A stretch of DNA of 64,000 nucleotides. Source: Alphaproteobacteria bacterium (GTDB taxonomy: Bacteria; Pseudomonadota; Alphaproteobacteria; Rickettsiales; UBA3002). Numbering within the stretch: position 1 is the first letter of the stretch; every line of letters begins with the position of its first letter. The translations under genes were made by a program, and so were the position numbers. The stretch spans positions 26,606 through 90,605 of the forward strand of contig JANRKD010000012.1 of NCBI GenBank assembly GCA_033763655.1. The letters are read 5' to 3'. Of the stretch, positions 29,141-38,831 are shown piece by piece. Below the pieces are notes generated by a model, which did not search any database, was not told the origin of the DNA, and saw nothing but the letters and a program-made list of their open reading frames with translations.

Positions 29141-29749
29141 CTAGGCCTTTTTGGCCTCGGATTTCACCCAGTCGCGCAACCGTACCACACCGTATTTATA
29201 GAACTCGCTGAACACCAGCCGGCGCGTATTTTCGTGCTGCCACCATTCATCGCGGCGGAACCCGGCGGGGAATACCGCGTCGGCGAGGATCACCATCTCG
29301 GGGCTGGCGGCGCGGAACTCATGGATGCTGCGCTTCATGTGGTAGCTGGCGGTAATCAGGCGGATACTGGTAATGCCCCGATCCCGCAGGAACTGTGCCG
29401 ACTGGTCGGCGTTGCTGACGGTGCTGCGCGCGACATGGTCGAGCACGATTTCTAATTCCGATGCGGCGGCGGCAATCCGGCGGCGGGTTTTTTCGCTCGC
29501 ATGCTCTGCCAGCATTTCAGCCACCGTCACATGTTGCCCGACACCGCTGATATACAGCAGCGGCGCCGCCCCCTGCGCCAGCATTTCAAACCCGCGCTCG
29601 ACGCGGCCCTGCCCGCCGGTGAGCACCACAATTGCCTCAGTTTTTATGGCCGGCGACACCGAACCGCGCGGCATGCTGTGGACGAACCAGACCAGCGCCG
29701 ACGACCACGCAATCGCCATCAACATCAGCAGTGAGAAAAGAAATCGCAT
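29141..29749 (-). CDS. YdcF/DUF218 family protein
   Basis: 202 aa with an N-terminal TM and DUF218-type core (IVVLTGGQGRVERG, ISGVG, LITASYHMKRS). Confidence 0.7.
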   Translation of the reverse strand: MRFLFSLLMLMAIAWSSALVWFVHSMPRGSVSPAIKTEAIVVLTGGQGRVERGFEMLAQGAAPLLYISGVGQHVTVAEMLAEHASEKTRRRIAAAASELEIVLDHVARSTVSNADQSAQFLRDRGITSIRLITASYHMKRSIHEFRAASPEMVILADAVFPAGFRRDEWWQHENTRRLVFSEFYKYGVVRLRDWVKSEAKKA

Positions 29750-29790
29750 GGTGAAATACTATCGCCTGAGTATCGCCGGCGCCAGCGGAT

Positions 29791-30339
29791 TTATACGCCA
29801 TATTGCGCAATGATGATGTCGGCGGCGGTGCATAAATCATCGGTGACGGTGACAGGCGCGATATGGGCGGGAATCCCCTCCGCCTCAAGGCGCGCGCCCT
29901 TGCCGGTGCGCACGAGGATGCGCGGGCAACCGGCGGCGACGGCCGCCTCCATGTCGCGCTGCATATCGCCGACAAATGGGGTGTGCGCCGGGTCGGCGTT
30001 AAATTGCTTCAGCCCCTCGAGCAGCATGCCCGGTGCGGGTTTCCGCCAGAGGCTGAAATCGTTGGGCGCTTCGGAAGCGTAATACACCGCGTCGATTTTT
30101 CCGCCTGCTTTTTCTACTTCAGCGCACATATAGGCATGCACTTGCCGCACGATCGCATGGGTGGTGGTGCCAAGGCCAATCGCTGACTGGTTGGTGCAGA
30201 CGGCAATGTTAAATCCCGCGCGGCTAAGTTTCACGATACCCTCCACCGCACGCGGCAGGAACACGAACTCCTCGAAGGCGAGCACCCCTACCGGGCCATC
30301 GACATTAATCACGCCGTCACGATCGAGCAACACCAGCAT
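29791..30339 (-). CDS. HAD-IIIA phosphatase (D,D-heptose 1,7-bisphosphate phosphatase-like)
   Basis: ORF trimmed to MLVLLDRDGVINVD (DxDG motif). The ATG overlaps the ftsX stop (ATGA at 30338-30341). Also has CTNQSAIG and FVGDMQRDMEAA. Confidence 0.7.
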   Translation of the reverse strand: MLVLLDRDGVINVDGPVGVLAFEEFVFLPRAVEGIVKLSRAGFNIAVCTNQSAIGLGTTTHAIVRQVHAYMCAEVEKAGGKIDAVYYASEAPNDFSLWRKPAPGMLLEGLKQFNADPAHTPFVGDMQRDMEAAVAAGCPRILVRTGKGARLEAEGIPAHIAPVTVTDDLCTAADIIIAQYGV

Positions 30340-31247
30340 CAGTGCATATGCTCCAGCATGGATTGCACCGTCAGGCGGGTGGCAATCAGCGCAATCAGCG
30401 CGGTGAAAATGGGCAGCAGCACAAACATCGCCCCGTGCAGGCCGCTGATGCCGACATGCGGAATCACCGGGCTGTCCCAGCGCACGGATGCCAGCGCGAC
30501 GGCGGCATAAATACCGGCGGCAATCACCACGCCGGTGAAGGCGCCGCGCGCGGTGAGCCAGGCGTTGTTCCACTGGAACTGCCGCAGGATATAGTCGTCC
30601 GTCGCGCCGAACATGTGCAACAGGCTGACAGTTTTAAAATGCAGGCGCAGGTTGGTGCGCGCCACCAGCACCACCATCCCGAGCACACATAAAATCAGCA
30701 GCAGCGCCACCGTCAGCACCAGCCCCTGCAGCAACGCGACCGCTTGCACCATCTGGCCGACCCACGGCCCGCGATCCTCAACCCGGATGCCCGCGTCAAT
30801 TTTTCCCAGCGCCGCGCGCAGGGCCTCAAGGTTGACGGCGCTCGCATCGTTCTTCACCGCCGTTTTTACGTCGAGAATCACCGGCACCGGCAAATCGGCA
30901 ATTTCAAAATGTTCGCCAAGCCACGGCCTGAGCAAGCCTTCCATTTGCGCCGGGCTGAGGGTCGTAACCGCCTCGACCCCGGCGGTATTTTTCAAGGTTG
31001 TGCTCACGCGCTCCATCAGCGCGGCATCGGTGGCGCGGCTGCGCGGCACTTCCACCTGCAACACGCCGATGACATCGTGCGATTGCAGCGAAAGCGCACT
31101 GGTGAGCGACATCGCCAGCGCCAGCAGCAGCGCGGCAAACCCAATCAGGCAGGCAATCATCGCCGGCAGCAGACGATGGGCATCGTCCCGCGCGAAGGGA
31201 ATATCGGAGGAAATAAGCTGGCGCAAACGTCTCATGCGCCCAAGCAT
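30339..31247 (-). CDS. ftsX: Cell-division permease FtsX-like
   Basis: 302 aa: TM1, an extracytoplasmic domain of about 100 aa, then three C-terminal TMs. This is FtsX-like topology. Confidence 0.7.
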   Translation of the reverse strand: MLGRMRRLRQLISSDIPFARDDAHRLLPAMIACLIGFAALLLALAMSLTSALSLQSHDVIGVLQVEVPRSRATDAALMERVSTTLKNTAGVEAVTTLSPAQMEGLLRPWLGEHFEIADLPVPVILDVKTAVKNDASAVNLEALRAALGKIDAGIRVEDRGPWVGQMVQAVALLQGLVLTVALLLILCVLGMVVLVARTNLRLHFKTVSLLHMFGATDDYILRQFQWNNAWLTARGAFTGVVIAAGIYAAVALASVRWDSPVIPHVGISGLHGAMFVLLPIFTALIALIATRLTVQSMLEHMH

Positions 31248-31291
31248 ACGGCAAGCGCGGCATAAGTAAAGTGGGCTAACCGGAAAATGCT

Positions 31292-31867
31292 TTAGGCGCT
31301 AGTGCTCACGGGTTTAGCCGCCGCGCCCGCCGCCACGCCGACCATCGCCGGGCGCAACAGGCGGTCGTGGATTTTGTAACCCGCCTGCAGTACCTGCACC
31401 ACGGTGCCGCTTTCCGCATCCGGCGCATCCACCTGCGCGATGGCCTGATGGAAATTATGATCGAATTTCTGCCCCATCGGGTCGAGGCGCTCGATCCCGT
31501 GCCGCGCGAACACCCCGAGCAGCTCCTTAAGCGTCATCTCGACACCGACAGCGAGGTTGGCGACGGCGGGCTGGCTTTCTCTCATCTCGGCGGGAATGCT
31601 ATCGACCGCGCGTTGCAGATTCTCAAGCACGCTGACCAGATCGCGCGCAAAGCCGGTGACGGCGTATTTGCTCATATCGGCCAGCTCGCGTTCAGACCGG
31701 CGGCGGGTGTTTTCGGTTTCGGCCAGCGCACGCAATGCCTGATCCTTCAGTGCTGCCAGTTCCGCATCCTTCTGCTCGATGACCGATTGCAGCGCGCGGG
31801 CGATGGCTTCGGCGCTCATGTCGGCGGCTGCTTCTTCCGGCGCGGCGTGTTCTGCGGATTCGCTCAT
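31292..31867 (-). CDS. grpE: Nucleotide exchange factor GrpE
   Basis: 191 aa with an acidic N-terminus, a coiled coil (ALRALAETENTRRR), and a C-terminal beta domain (VLQAGYKIHDRLLRPAMV). Confidence 0.9.
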   Translation of the reverse strand: MSESAEHAAPEEAAADMSAEAIARALQSVIEQKDAELAALKDQALRALAETENTRRRSERELADMSKYAVTGFARDLVSVLENLQRAVDSIPAEMRESQPAVANLAVGVEMTLKELLGVFARHGIERLDPMGQKFDHNFHQAIAQVDAPDAESGTVVQVLQAGYKIHDRLLRPAMVGVAAGAAAKPVSTSA

Positions 31868-31934
31868 GATGATTCTCCAAAAAACAGTGCCTTCCCTAAC
31901 GCGGCAAGGCAGACAAAAATGAAACGTTCCGGCT

Positions 31935-31963
31935 ATATGTAGATTATTTCAACCGATTTCAAG
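31935..31963 (-). promoter_or_regulatory. Sigma-32 (RpoH)-type promoter candidate for grpE
   Basis: Minus strand reads CTTGAAA-N14-CTACATAT, compared with consensus CTTGAAA-N13-15-CCCCATNT. Lies about 70-95 nt upstream of the grpE ATG. Confidence 0.35.
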
Positions 31964-32106
31964 TGCCCAGATGGCAGAAGTGATTGCCAGCGCCACGCAG
32001 AACGCCTACAAACTATACTGCCTGCAATCGATAATCGCACCGGTTATTTATTCGCTTATTCGCCGCGCGCGCCCGGCGCCACCTTTTAATTCTGTCAGGA
32101 GAAACC

Positions 32107-32826
32107 ATGACCCGTTCCTTCAACCGTGCCGCCGCCGACCTGCGCCCCGTCACCCTCACGCCGGATATTTCGCGCCACGCCGAGGGGTCGTGCCTGGTCG
32201 AGTTCGGCCACACCAAGGTGCTGTGTACCGCTTCGGTCGAGCCGGGCGTGCCGCATTTCCTGCGCAACACCGGCTCGGGCTGGGTGACGGCGGAATACGG
32301 CATGCTGCCGCGCGCCACCAACAGCCGCAACCCGCGTGAAGCCGCCAAAGGCAAGCAATCCGGGCGCACACAGGAAATCCAGCGCCTGATTGGCCGCTCT
32401 CTGCGCACGGGAATCGACCTTGCGCTGCTGGGCGAACGGCAGATTATCATTGATTGCGACGTCATCGAGGCCGATGGCGGCACCCGCACCGCCTCCATCA
32501 CCGGCGGTTATGTCGCCCTGGCCCGCGCCATTCAAAGCCTGCAGAAAAAGGGCGACCTGAAACTAAACCCGCTGCTCGACCCGGTCGCCGCCATCTCGTG
32601 CGGCATCGTGGATGGTGCGGCGTTGCTCGACCTCGACTATACCGAGGATTCCTCCGCCGAAGTCGATGCCAACATCATCATGACCGCTAAAGGCAGCATT
32701 GTCGAACTGCAGATGTCGGGCGAGGAAAGCACCTTCAGCGAGGAGGAGCTCGCCGCCCTGCTCACACTCGGCAAATCGGGCATCAAAGCGCTGGTCGAAA
32801 AACAACGTCAGGCGCTGGGGCTTTAG
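32107..32826 (+). CDS. rph: Ribonuclease PH
   Basis: 239 aa with a strong RNase PH pattern ([50 protein letters not shown]). Confidence 0.93.
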   Translation: MTRSFNRAAADLRPVTLTPDISRHAEGSCLVEFGHTKVLCTASVEPGVPHFLRNTGSGWVTAEYGMLPRATNSRNPREAAKGKQSGRTQEIQRLIGRSLRTGIDLALLGERQIIIDCDVIEADGGTRTASITGGYVALARAIQSLQKKGDLKLNPLLDPVAAISCGIVDGAALLDLDYTEDSSAEVDANIIMTAKGSIVELQMSGEESTFSEEELAALLTLGKSGIKALVEKQRQALGL

Positions 32827-32828
32827 GC

Positions 32829-33440
32829 ATGGCGACGCCGCTCGTCATTGCCAGCCATAACGCAGGCAAGGTGCGCGAGTTTCACGCGTTGCTGGCACCG
32901 TTCGGCTTTGCGGTGCAATCCGCCGCCGAGTTGAACCTCGCCGAACCGGAGGAAACCGGGCAGACATTTGAAGCCAACGCCGCACTGAAAGCCCATGCCG
33001 CCGCGCGCGCCTCGGGCCACCTCGCACTCGCGGATGATTCGGGGCTGGTGGTGCCCGCGCTCGATGATGCGCCGGGGATTTATTCCGCACGCTGGGCCGG
33101 GCCGAACCACGATTTCGCGCAGGCCATGGGCCGCGTCGCGCGCGAACTGCATCAGGCGGGAATGACCCCCGACGGCGCCCCCGCCTACTTTGTCTGCGTG
33201 CTGGCGCTGGCCTACCCGAACGGCGACTTGCGCAGCCTGCGCGGCGAGGCGCATGGCACCCTCACCTTCCCGCCGCGCGGCACGCTCGGCTTTGGCTACG
33301 ACCCGATTTTTATCCCCGCAGGCCATACGCAAACCTTCGGTGAAATGCCACCCGAGGAGAAACACCGCATCAGCCACCGTGCCAAAGCATTTGCCGCCCT
33401 CACCGATTTATTGCACAAGGAACGCGCCGCATGCGCCTGA
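32829..33440 (+). CDS. rdgB: Non-canonical purine NTP pyrophosphatase RdgB/HAM1
   Basis: 203 aa with [25 protein letters not shown] and SHRAKA motifs. Confidence 0.9.
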   Translation: MATPLVIASHNAGKVREFHALLAPFGFAVQSAAELNLAEPEETGQTFEANAALKAHAAARASGHLALADDSGLVVPALDDAPGIYSARWAGPNHDFAQAMGRVARELHQAGMTPDGAPAYFVCVLALAYPNGDLRSLRGEAHGTLTFPPRGTLGFGYDPIFIPAGHTQTFGEMPPEEKHRISHRAKAFAALTDLLHKERAACA

Positions 33441-33985
33441 AACTGCTGGCCCTCGCCGCCTCCACCCGCACGGATTCGCTGAACAAACGCCTGCTGGCCC
33501 TCGCCATGGCGGAAGCCACCCGCGCCGGAGCGCACATCACCGAGCTGGACTACACCGCCTGCGCCGCGCCGCTCTATCAGGGCGAGGAAAACCCAGAAAT
33601 CCCCGCCGGTGCGGCCCGTCTGGGCGATGCGCTCCTCGCGCATGACGGGTTGCTGCTGGCCAGCCCGGAATATAACTGGTCGATTCCCGCCGCGCTCAAA
33701 AGCCTGATCGATTGGCTCTCGGTAGACCCACGCGCGCCGCTTCGGCGCCGCCATGCGCTGCTGATGTGCGCCAGCCCTTCGGTACGCGGCGGTATTCTTG
33801 GCCTCCACCAGCTCAGCCTGCCGCTGGCGCATCTCGGGGTCTATGTCTACCCGCAGTTGATTGCCATCGGCGATGCGGAGAATGAAATCACCGCCACCGG
33901 CCTGCGCAGCGCGAAAGACCAGCAGTTCCTCGCCGATTGTGTAACCGATTTCGTACGCATCGCGAATACCAACGCGAAGGCTTGA
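33431..33985 (+). CDS. NADPH-dependent FMN reductase family protein
   Basis: 184 aa with a flavodoxin-like pattern ([35 protein letters not shown]). Confidence 0.75.
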   Translation: MRLKLLALAASTRTDSLNKRLLALAMAEATRAGAHITELDYTACAAPLYQGEENPEIPAGAARLGDALLAHDGLLLASPEYNWSIPAALKSLIDWLSVDPRAPLRRRHALLMCASPSVRGGILGLHQLSLPLAHLGVYVYPQLIAIGDAENEITATGLRSAKDQQFLADCVTDFVRIANTNAKA

Positions 33986-34004
33986 CTTGACCAAAGGACT
34001 CCCC

Positions 34005-35894
34005 ATGCACCCGTTTACCCGTTACGCACTCGCCCTGCTTCTGCTGGCGCCGCTTACCGCCACCGCGCAGGAGGCGCCGCTTACCTCGCCCATCGCCAAA
34101 GCCACCTTGCTGGTCGATGCGCCGCGCGTCAAAGCGGGGGAGGCGATTGCGGCGGGGGTACATTTCACCCTGCCGCCGCACTGGCATATTTACTGGCAGA
34201 ACCCGGGAGATTCCGGCATCCCCACCACCCTGAGCTGGGAACTGCCCGAGGGGCTGAGCGCGGGGGAAATCGCCTGGCCCGCGCCGGAGCGCTTTGCCAT
34301 CGAAGGCATCGTCGGCTACGGCTACAGTAACGAAGTCACCCTGCCGGTGACGCTCACACCCGCGCGTGACGGCCTCATCGGCGACGTCACCGTCAAAGCC
34401 AACTGGCTGGTGTGCAAAGACATCTGCATCCCGGAATCGGCGACGCTGACGGCGCCGCTCGCTGCCAACCCCGAAGGCGCGACGCACCTCGCCACGGCGC
34501 AAGCTCATCTGCCGCAGCCGTTCACCGGCGAAGCGCACTTCTCCGTCACGCCGCAATCGGTGACGCTCACCCTCCGCCGCGCTACCCCGTGGGAGAACGC
34601 TGCGCAGGCATGGTTCGCCCCGGTCGAGGACGGGCTGATTGCCAACGAGCCGATCGGGGCCGTGACGCCTAACGGCAACGACCTGCAACTGACATTTGCG
34701 CGCGGGGCCGCCGCCCCCATCGACCTCTGGCACGGCATCATCCATTATATGCAGGACGGAAAACCCGTCGCTGCCGCTGTGACCGCCACCCGCACCGAGG
34801 CGGCGGCAGAGCCCGCCGCTGCGCCGCGCATCCCGGCGGGCGGGGCTTCATCCTCGCTGCTGCTGGCGCTCGCGCTCGCTTTTGTCGGCGGATTGATTCT
34901 CAACATCATGCCCTGCGTGCTGCCTATCCTTGCGCTCAAGGCATTGGCGCTGGCTAAAAAGGCCGAGGCCTCGCGCCTCGATGCGGCCAAACAGGGCTTA
35001 AGCTTCACTGCCGGGGTGGTCGTGAGCTTCCTGCTCATCGCCGGACTGATGCTGGCGCTCAAAGCCTCCGGCTCGGCCATCGGCTGGGGGTTCCAATTGC
35101 AGAACCCCAACTTTGTCGGGTTACTGGCGCTGGTGATGCTGCTGGTATCGGCCAGCCTGTTCGGCTTTTTCGAGCTGCCCGTCCTCTACGGCGAGCGTGC
35201 GACGGGGGTCGATGAAAGCAAGCTGCGCGGCTCCTTCTTCACCGGCGTACTGGCGGTGATGGTGGCGACACCCTGCTCGGCGCCGTTCATGGCGACCGCC
35301 ATCGGCGCAACACTGAGCATGCCCACCTTGCAGGCGTTGCTGGTTTTCGCCACGCTGGGCCTTGGCATGGCGGCGCCCTTCCTCACCATCAGCCTGTGGC
35401 CGGCGGCGCGGCGCCTGCTGCCCAAACCCGGGGCGTGGATGCACCGCTTCAAGCAGATCCTCGGGGTGCCGATGCTGGCCACCGCTCTGTGGCTGATTTA
35501 TGTGCTCGCACAATTGCTGCAACCCGTCACCTTCGACGCAAGTGACGGCCACGCGGCCTATTCCGCGCCGCGCCTTGCGCAATTGCGCGCCGAGGGCACC
35601 CCTGTGCTGGTCGATGCCACCGCCGCCTGGTGCCTGACCTGCAAAGTCAACGAGCGGGTCGCCCTCAAGCCCGATTCGATGCAGCAATTCTTCCGCGAAA
35701 AAGGCATCACCCTGATGGTCGCCGACTGGACCACAAACGACCCTGCCATCACCGACTACCTCACCGGCTTCGGGCGCAACGGCGTGCCGCTTTATGTCTA
35801 TTACCCGGCGCATGGGGAACCCAAAGTGCTGCCGCAGATTCTGACCCCGAGCATCGTGCGCGAGGCGATCGAGGGTGCAAACGCACATGACTAA
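34005..35894 (+). CDS. DsbD-family thiol:disulfide interchange protein
   Basis: Signal peptide, an N-terminal DsbD-alpha-like domain, a multi-TM core (NIMPCVLPIL, ATPCSAPF), and a C-terminal thioredoxin with WCLTC. An alternative start lies at 33987. Confidence 0.8.
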   Translation: MHPFTRYALALLLLAPLTATAQEAPLTSPIAKATLLVDAPRVKAGEAIAAGVHFTLPPHWHIYWQNPGDSGIPTTLSWELPEGLSAGEIAWPAPERFAIEGIVGYGYSNEVTLPVTLTPARDGLIGDVTVKANWLVCKDICIPESATLTAPLAANPEGATHLATAQAHLPQPFTGEAHFSVTPQSVTLTLRRATPWENAAQAWFAPVEDGLIANEPIGAVTPNGNDLQLTFARGAAAPIDLWHGIIHYMQDGKPVAAAVTATRTEAAAEPAAAPRIPAGGASSSLLLALALAFVGGLILNIMPCVLPILALKALALAKKAEASRLDAAKQGLSFTAGVVVSFLLIAGLMLALKASGSAIGWGFQLQNPNFVGLLALVMLLVSASLFGFFELPVLYGERATGVDESKLRGSFFTGVLAVMVATPCSAPFMATAIGATLSMPTLQALLVFATLGLGMAAPFLTISLWPAARRLLPKPGAWMHRFKQILGVPMLATALWLIYVLAQLLQPVTFDASDGHAAYSAPRLAQLRAEGTPVLVDATAAWCLTCKVNERVALKPDSMQQFFREKGITLMVADWTTNDPAITDYLTGFGRNGVPLYVYYPAHGEPKVLPQILTPSIVREAIEGANAHD

Positions 35895-35967
35895 CCTGTA
35901 ATGCAACGGCCTGTAATCGTGTGCTATAGTCCCGCCACGTTAACACCCTACAAGGAGTTTCCTGATA

Positions 35968-36573
35968 ATGCTGCGCCCTGTTTTATCGTTCCTGACGACC
36001 CTGCTTATTGCCGGCAGCGCTCTTGCGGCGGTTACCGTCGGTGAACCCGCGCCCGCCTTCAGCGGCACCGATGTCCTCAGCGGCGAACCCATCAGCAACG
36101 AAAGCCTGAAGGGCAAAACCGTCGTGCTCGAATGGAATAATCCCGACTGCCCGTTCGTCAAAAAATTCTACTCCGTCGGCGCGATGCAGGCCCTGCAGGC
36201 AAAAGCCGCCCGCAACGGCGTGGTATGGGTGGGCATCAACTCCTCGGCGGCAGGCAAAGAGGGCTACCTGAAAGACGCCGCGCAGGCGAAGGCCGCACTG
36301 GCCGAGCGTCAATCGAACACCCGCCATTACCTGCTCGACCATGACGGGCGCATCGGCCACGCCTACGCCGCCAAAACCACCCCGCATATGTTCATCATCG
36401 ACCCGCAGGGCATCCTCGTCTATCAGGGCGCGATTGATAACAAACCCAGCGCCGATACCGCCGACATCGCCACCGCCACCAACTACGTCACCGAAGCGCT
36501 GAACGCCTTAAAGCACGGCAAGCCGATTAAAACCGCCACCACGCAACCTTACGGCTGCTTCATCAAGTATTAG
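35968..36573 (+). CDS. Secreted thioredoxin-fold (redoxin) protein
   Basis: 201 aa with a signal peptide and motif WNNPDCPFVKKFY. Confidence 0.7.
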   Translation: MLRPVLSFLTTLLIAGSALAAVTVGEPAPAFSGTDVLSGEPISNESLKGKTVVLEWNNPDCPFVKKFYSVGAMQALQAKAARNGVVWVGINSSAAGKEGYLKDAAQAKAALAERQSNTRHYLLDHDGRIGHAYAAKTTPHMFIIDPQGILVYQGAIDNKPSADTADIATATNYVTEALNALKHGKPIKTATTQPYGCFIKY

Positions 36574-36578
36574 CCGCT

Positions 36579-37328
36579 TCAAACCTTCGTGCGAGAAGAG
36601 ACCAGTGCGCTGGCTGTCTGCCATTGCGCCTTCACCTTTGCCGTGGATGGCGTCGCCCGCACACCTGCATAAATCTGCTTTTCCGCCTCGACCACCAGCA
36701 CCCCGCCCCAGCGCGGGGTACACAGCACGCCTAGCCATTCCAGCAGGCCAAATCCGCGTAGCCAGAACGGGTGCGTCGAGGGCGGCGCGAACAACGCCGA
36801 ACGGGTATCGCGCACCGTAAAATTGGCGGCGTTCAGCAGTTCCCGGAGCGTGGCGGGCGTGTAGGCCGCCCCGGTGGCAAACGGGGTTTCCCCGAAGCGG
36901 CGCCACAGCCCGCGACGGTTGGGCACCATCAGCACCAGCCGCCCGCCCGGCGCCAGTAATTGCCACCAGATGCGCAGCAATTCCTCCGGCGCGGCGGCAT
37001 GCTCGAACCCGTGCAGCATCAGCACGCGGTGCAGCGACGACGGCGCGAAAGGTGGCCGCTCCTCATCGCCGAGCACGCTGTGATTGGCGCTATCAACCGG
37101 CCAGTAAATCGCCCCCTGCGCGATGGGCATCAACGCGAGGATGCGTGTGCCCGGATGCGCCGACGCCGTCGGCAACGGCAGCAGCGGCGAGGCATAGCCC
37201 ACCCCGACCATATGCAGGCCTGCATCGCCGGGCCAATACTCGCGCAGCATGCGCCGCAGCCGCCGCTTGACCTTGCGGCCAAGGCGGGAAGAATAAAATT
37301 GTCGCAGATTGACGATATCGGGACGCAT
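36579..37328 (-). CDS. Class I SAM-dependent methyltransferase
   Basis: 249 aa, Methyltransf_11-like region (LLAPGGRLVLMVPN). Substrate unknown. Confidence 0.55.
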   Translation of the reverse strand: MRPDIVNLRQFYSSRLGRKVKRRLRRMLREYWPGDAGLHMVGVGYASPLLPLPTASAHPGTRILALMPIAQGAIYWPVDSANHSVLGDEERPPFAPSSLHRVLMLHGFEHAAAPEELLRIWWQLLAPGGRLVLMVPNRRGLWRRFGETPFATGAAYTPATLRELLNAANFTVRDTRSALFAPPSTHPFWLRGFGLLEWLGVLCTPRWGGVLVVEAEKQIYAGVRATPSTAKVKAQWQTASALVSSRTKV

Positions 37329-37369
37329 GGGCTAAGTATAGCGCGATTCGGACGAAGGAATAAAGCGCC

Positions 37370-37954
37370 ATGCATGACCCCCTCTCTAAATTCTCGCAAT
37401 GGCTTAGCGATGCGCACGCGCACACCGCCATCCATGACGCCACCGCGATGACACTGGCCACCGCCACGCCTGATGGCGCTCCCTCGGCCCGCATCGTGCT
37501 GCTCAAGGAAGCCACGCCGGATGGCTTCGTGTTTTACGGCAATATGGAAAGCCGCAAGTTCCGTGAGCTGTCTGCCAATCCACGCGCGGCGCTGTGTTTC
37601 TACTGGGTGCCGCTGAACCGTCAGGTGCGTATCGAGGGCAGCACCGTGCCTGTAAGTGAGGCCGAGGCCGACGCTTATTTCGCCTCACGCCCACGCAAGC
37701 GGCAACTTGGGGCGTGGACGTCGCAGCAATCGCGCCCACTTTCCAGCCGCGCCGAGATGGAGGAACGCCTGACGCAGTTTACGCAGCAATTCGCCGGTGG
37801 CGCAGTGCCGCGCCCGCCGCACTGGTCAGGCTGGCGGCTGGTGCCCCACACCATGGAATTCTGGGTCAACAGCGACGCACGGCTGCATGAGCGCGAGGTT
37901 TACACCCGCGCGGACGCCGCATCCCCCTGGCAGCATACGCTGCTTTATCCCTAG
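37370..37954 (+). CDS. pdxH: Pyridoxamine 5'-phosphate oxidase
   Basis: 194 aa with RIVLLKE, RQVRIEG, HWSGWRL and EFW...RLHER motifs. Confidence 0.9.
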   Translation: MHDPLSKFSQWLSDAHAHTAIHDATAMTLATATPDGAPSARIVLLKEATPDGFVFYGNMESRKFRELSANPRAALCFYWVPLNRQVRIEGSTVPVSEAEADAYFASRPRKRQLGAWTSQQSRPLSSRAEMEERLTQFTQQFAGGAVPRPPHWSGWRLVPHTMEFWVNSDARLHEREVYTRADAASPWQHTLLYP

Positions 37955-38415
37955 AAGCTACGCCCACCGCCGGTGCCGTAATCGGGTGCGCTGCCCACAC
38001 CCGGGCGGGCGGGCTGGTAGGTCGAAACCGGCGGTGCAGCGGGCGGCGAGGATGTTGCGGCGGAAGGCTTGACGCTAGGCGCGCCGCTCGGCGGATTCGC
38101 CGCCGCCCCCGGTGCGGCCGGTGGCGAGCCGGCAACTGCCGTCGCCGCCGAAGGGTTGGTGCTGGGCGACCCGGTCGGCGGGTTTGCCGCCACCACGCCC
38201 GTCTGCGGCGTGGCCACATGCCAGCCCGCCTTATTCATGCAAGCGCTGAACATGCCGCCGACTGCCGCCTGATTCCCCGCCGCGCCGGCGAGCCGCGCCG
38301 ATTCCTCGCGGCAGAGATTCTGGCTTCTGGCATATTTCCCCTGAATCTCGCTTTGTGCGATGCAGCCGGAAGTAAGCGCGGCAAGCCCAAGCACTGCAAT
38401 TTTACGAAACATCAC
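37951..38415 (-). CDS. Pro/Ala-rich lipoprotein downstream of fliJ
   Basis: 154 aa with lipobox LTSGC. The start overlaps the fliJ stop by 14 nt, so it is probably co-transcribed with fliI-fliJ. Confidence 0.5.
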   Translation of the reverse strand: MMFRKIAVLGLAALTSGCIAQSEIQGKYARSQNLCREESARLAGAAGNQAAVGGMFSACMNKAGWHVATPQTGVVAANPPTGSPSTNPSAATAVAGSPPAAPGAAANPPSGAPSVKPSAATSSPPAAPPVSTYQPARPGVGSAPDYGTGGGRSF

Positions 38416-38821
38416 GCCTCACATATCCCCGAATACCGATTTCATCCATCTCCTGACCGAGCTTGCGCGCGGCGGCATCGTCCTTACGCTTCTGCCAGTT
38501 GGCCAGCGTCAGTTCAAATTTTTTCATTTCGCTGAAATGGTCGCGCAGTTGCTGGGTCAACTTGTCCAGCTCCGCCTCCACCCGCCGCAGATGGGTATGC
38601 ATCATCTCCTGCCGTTTTTTAATCGAAGCGGAGTAATCCCCGAAGAAATGCGCCATTTCCGGCATGACCTGCGCCGCTTTCAGCTCGCTCACCAGCTGGT
38701 TGGAAAGCCCTTCGATAATCGCGTAGACCTCCTCGCGCTGCTGTTCGAGGATGCCCTGCTGGCGCTTGATGGCATCCATCTCACGCTGCTTGACGCGCAC
38801 TAAGGTTCGGATGGATTTCAT
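38402..38821 (-). CDS. fliJ: Flagellar export chaperone-like protein FliJ
   Basis: 139-aa all-helical coiled-coil protein immediately after fliI. Assignment rests mainly on size, composition and position. Confidence 0.6.
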   Translation of the reverse strand: MKSIRTLVRVKQREMDAIKRQQGILEQQREEVYAIIEGLSNQLVSELKAAQVMPEMAHFFGDYSASIKKRQEMMHTHLRRVEAELDKLTQQLRDHFSEMKKFELTLANWQKRKDDAAARKLGQEMDEIGIRGYVRRDVS

Positions 38822-38831
38822 CGCAGCGTAC

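Noticed and set aside
29791-30573. Full 260-aa version of the HAD phosphatase ORF
   Set aside because: The first 78 codons overlap ftsX in another frame and are Arg/Cys-rich nonsense. The HAD DxDG motif begins right after the internal ATG at 30339, which forms an ATGA overlap with the ftsX stop.
33888-35906. ORFs 33888..34745 and 35121..35906 on the - strand
   Set aside because: They lie antisense to the DsbD-family gene and have Arg/Gly-rich shadow composition.
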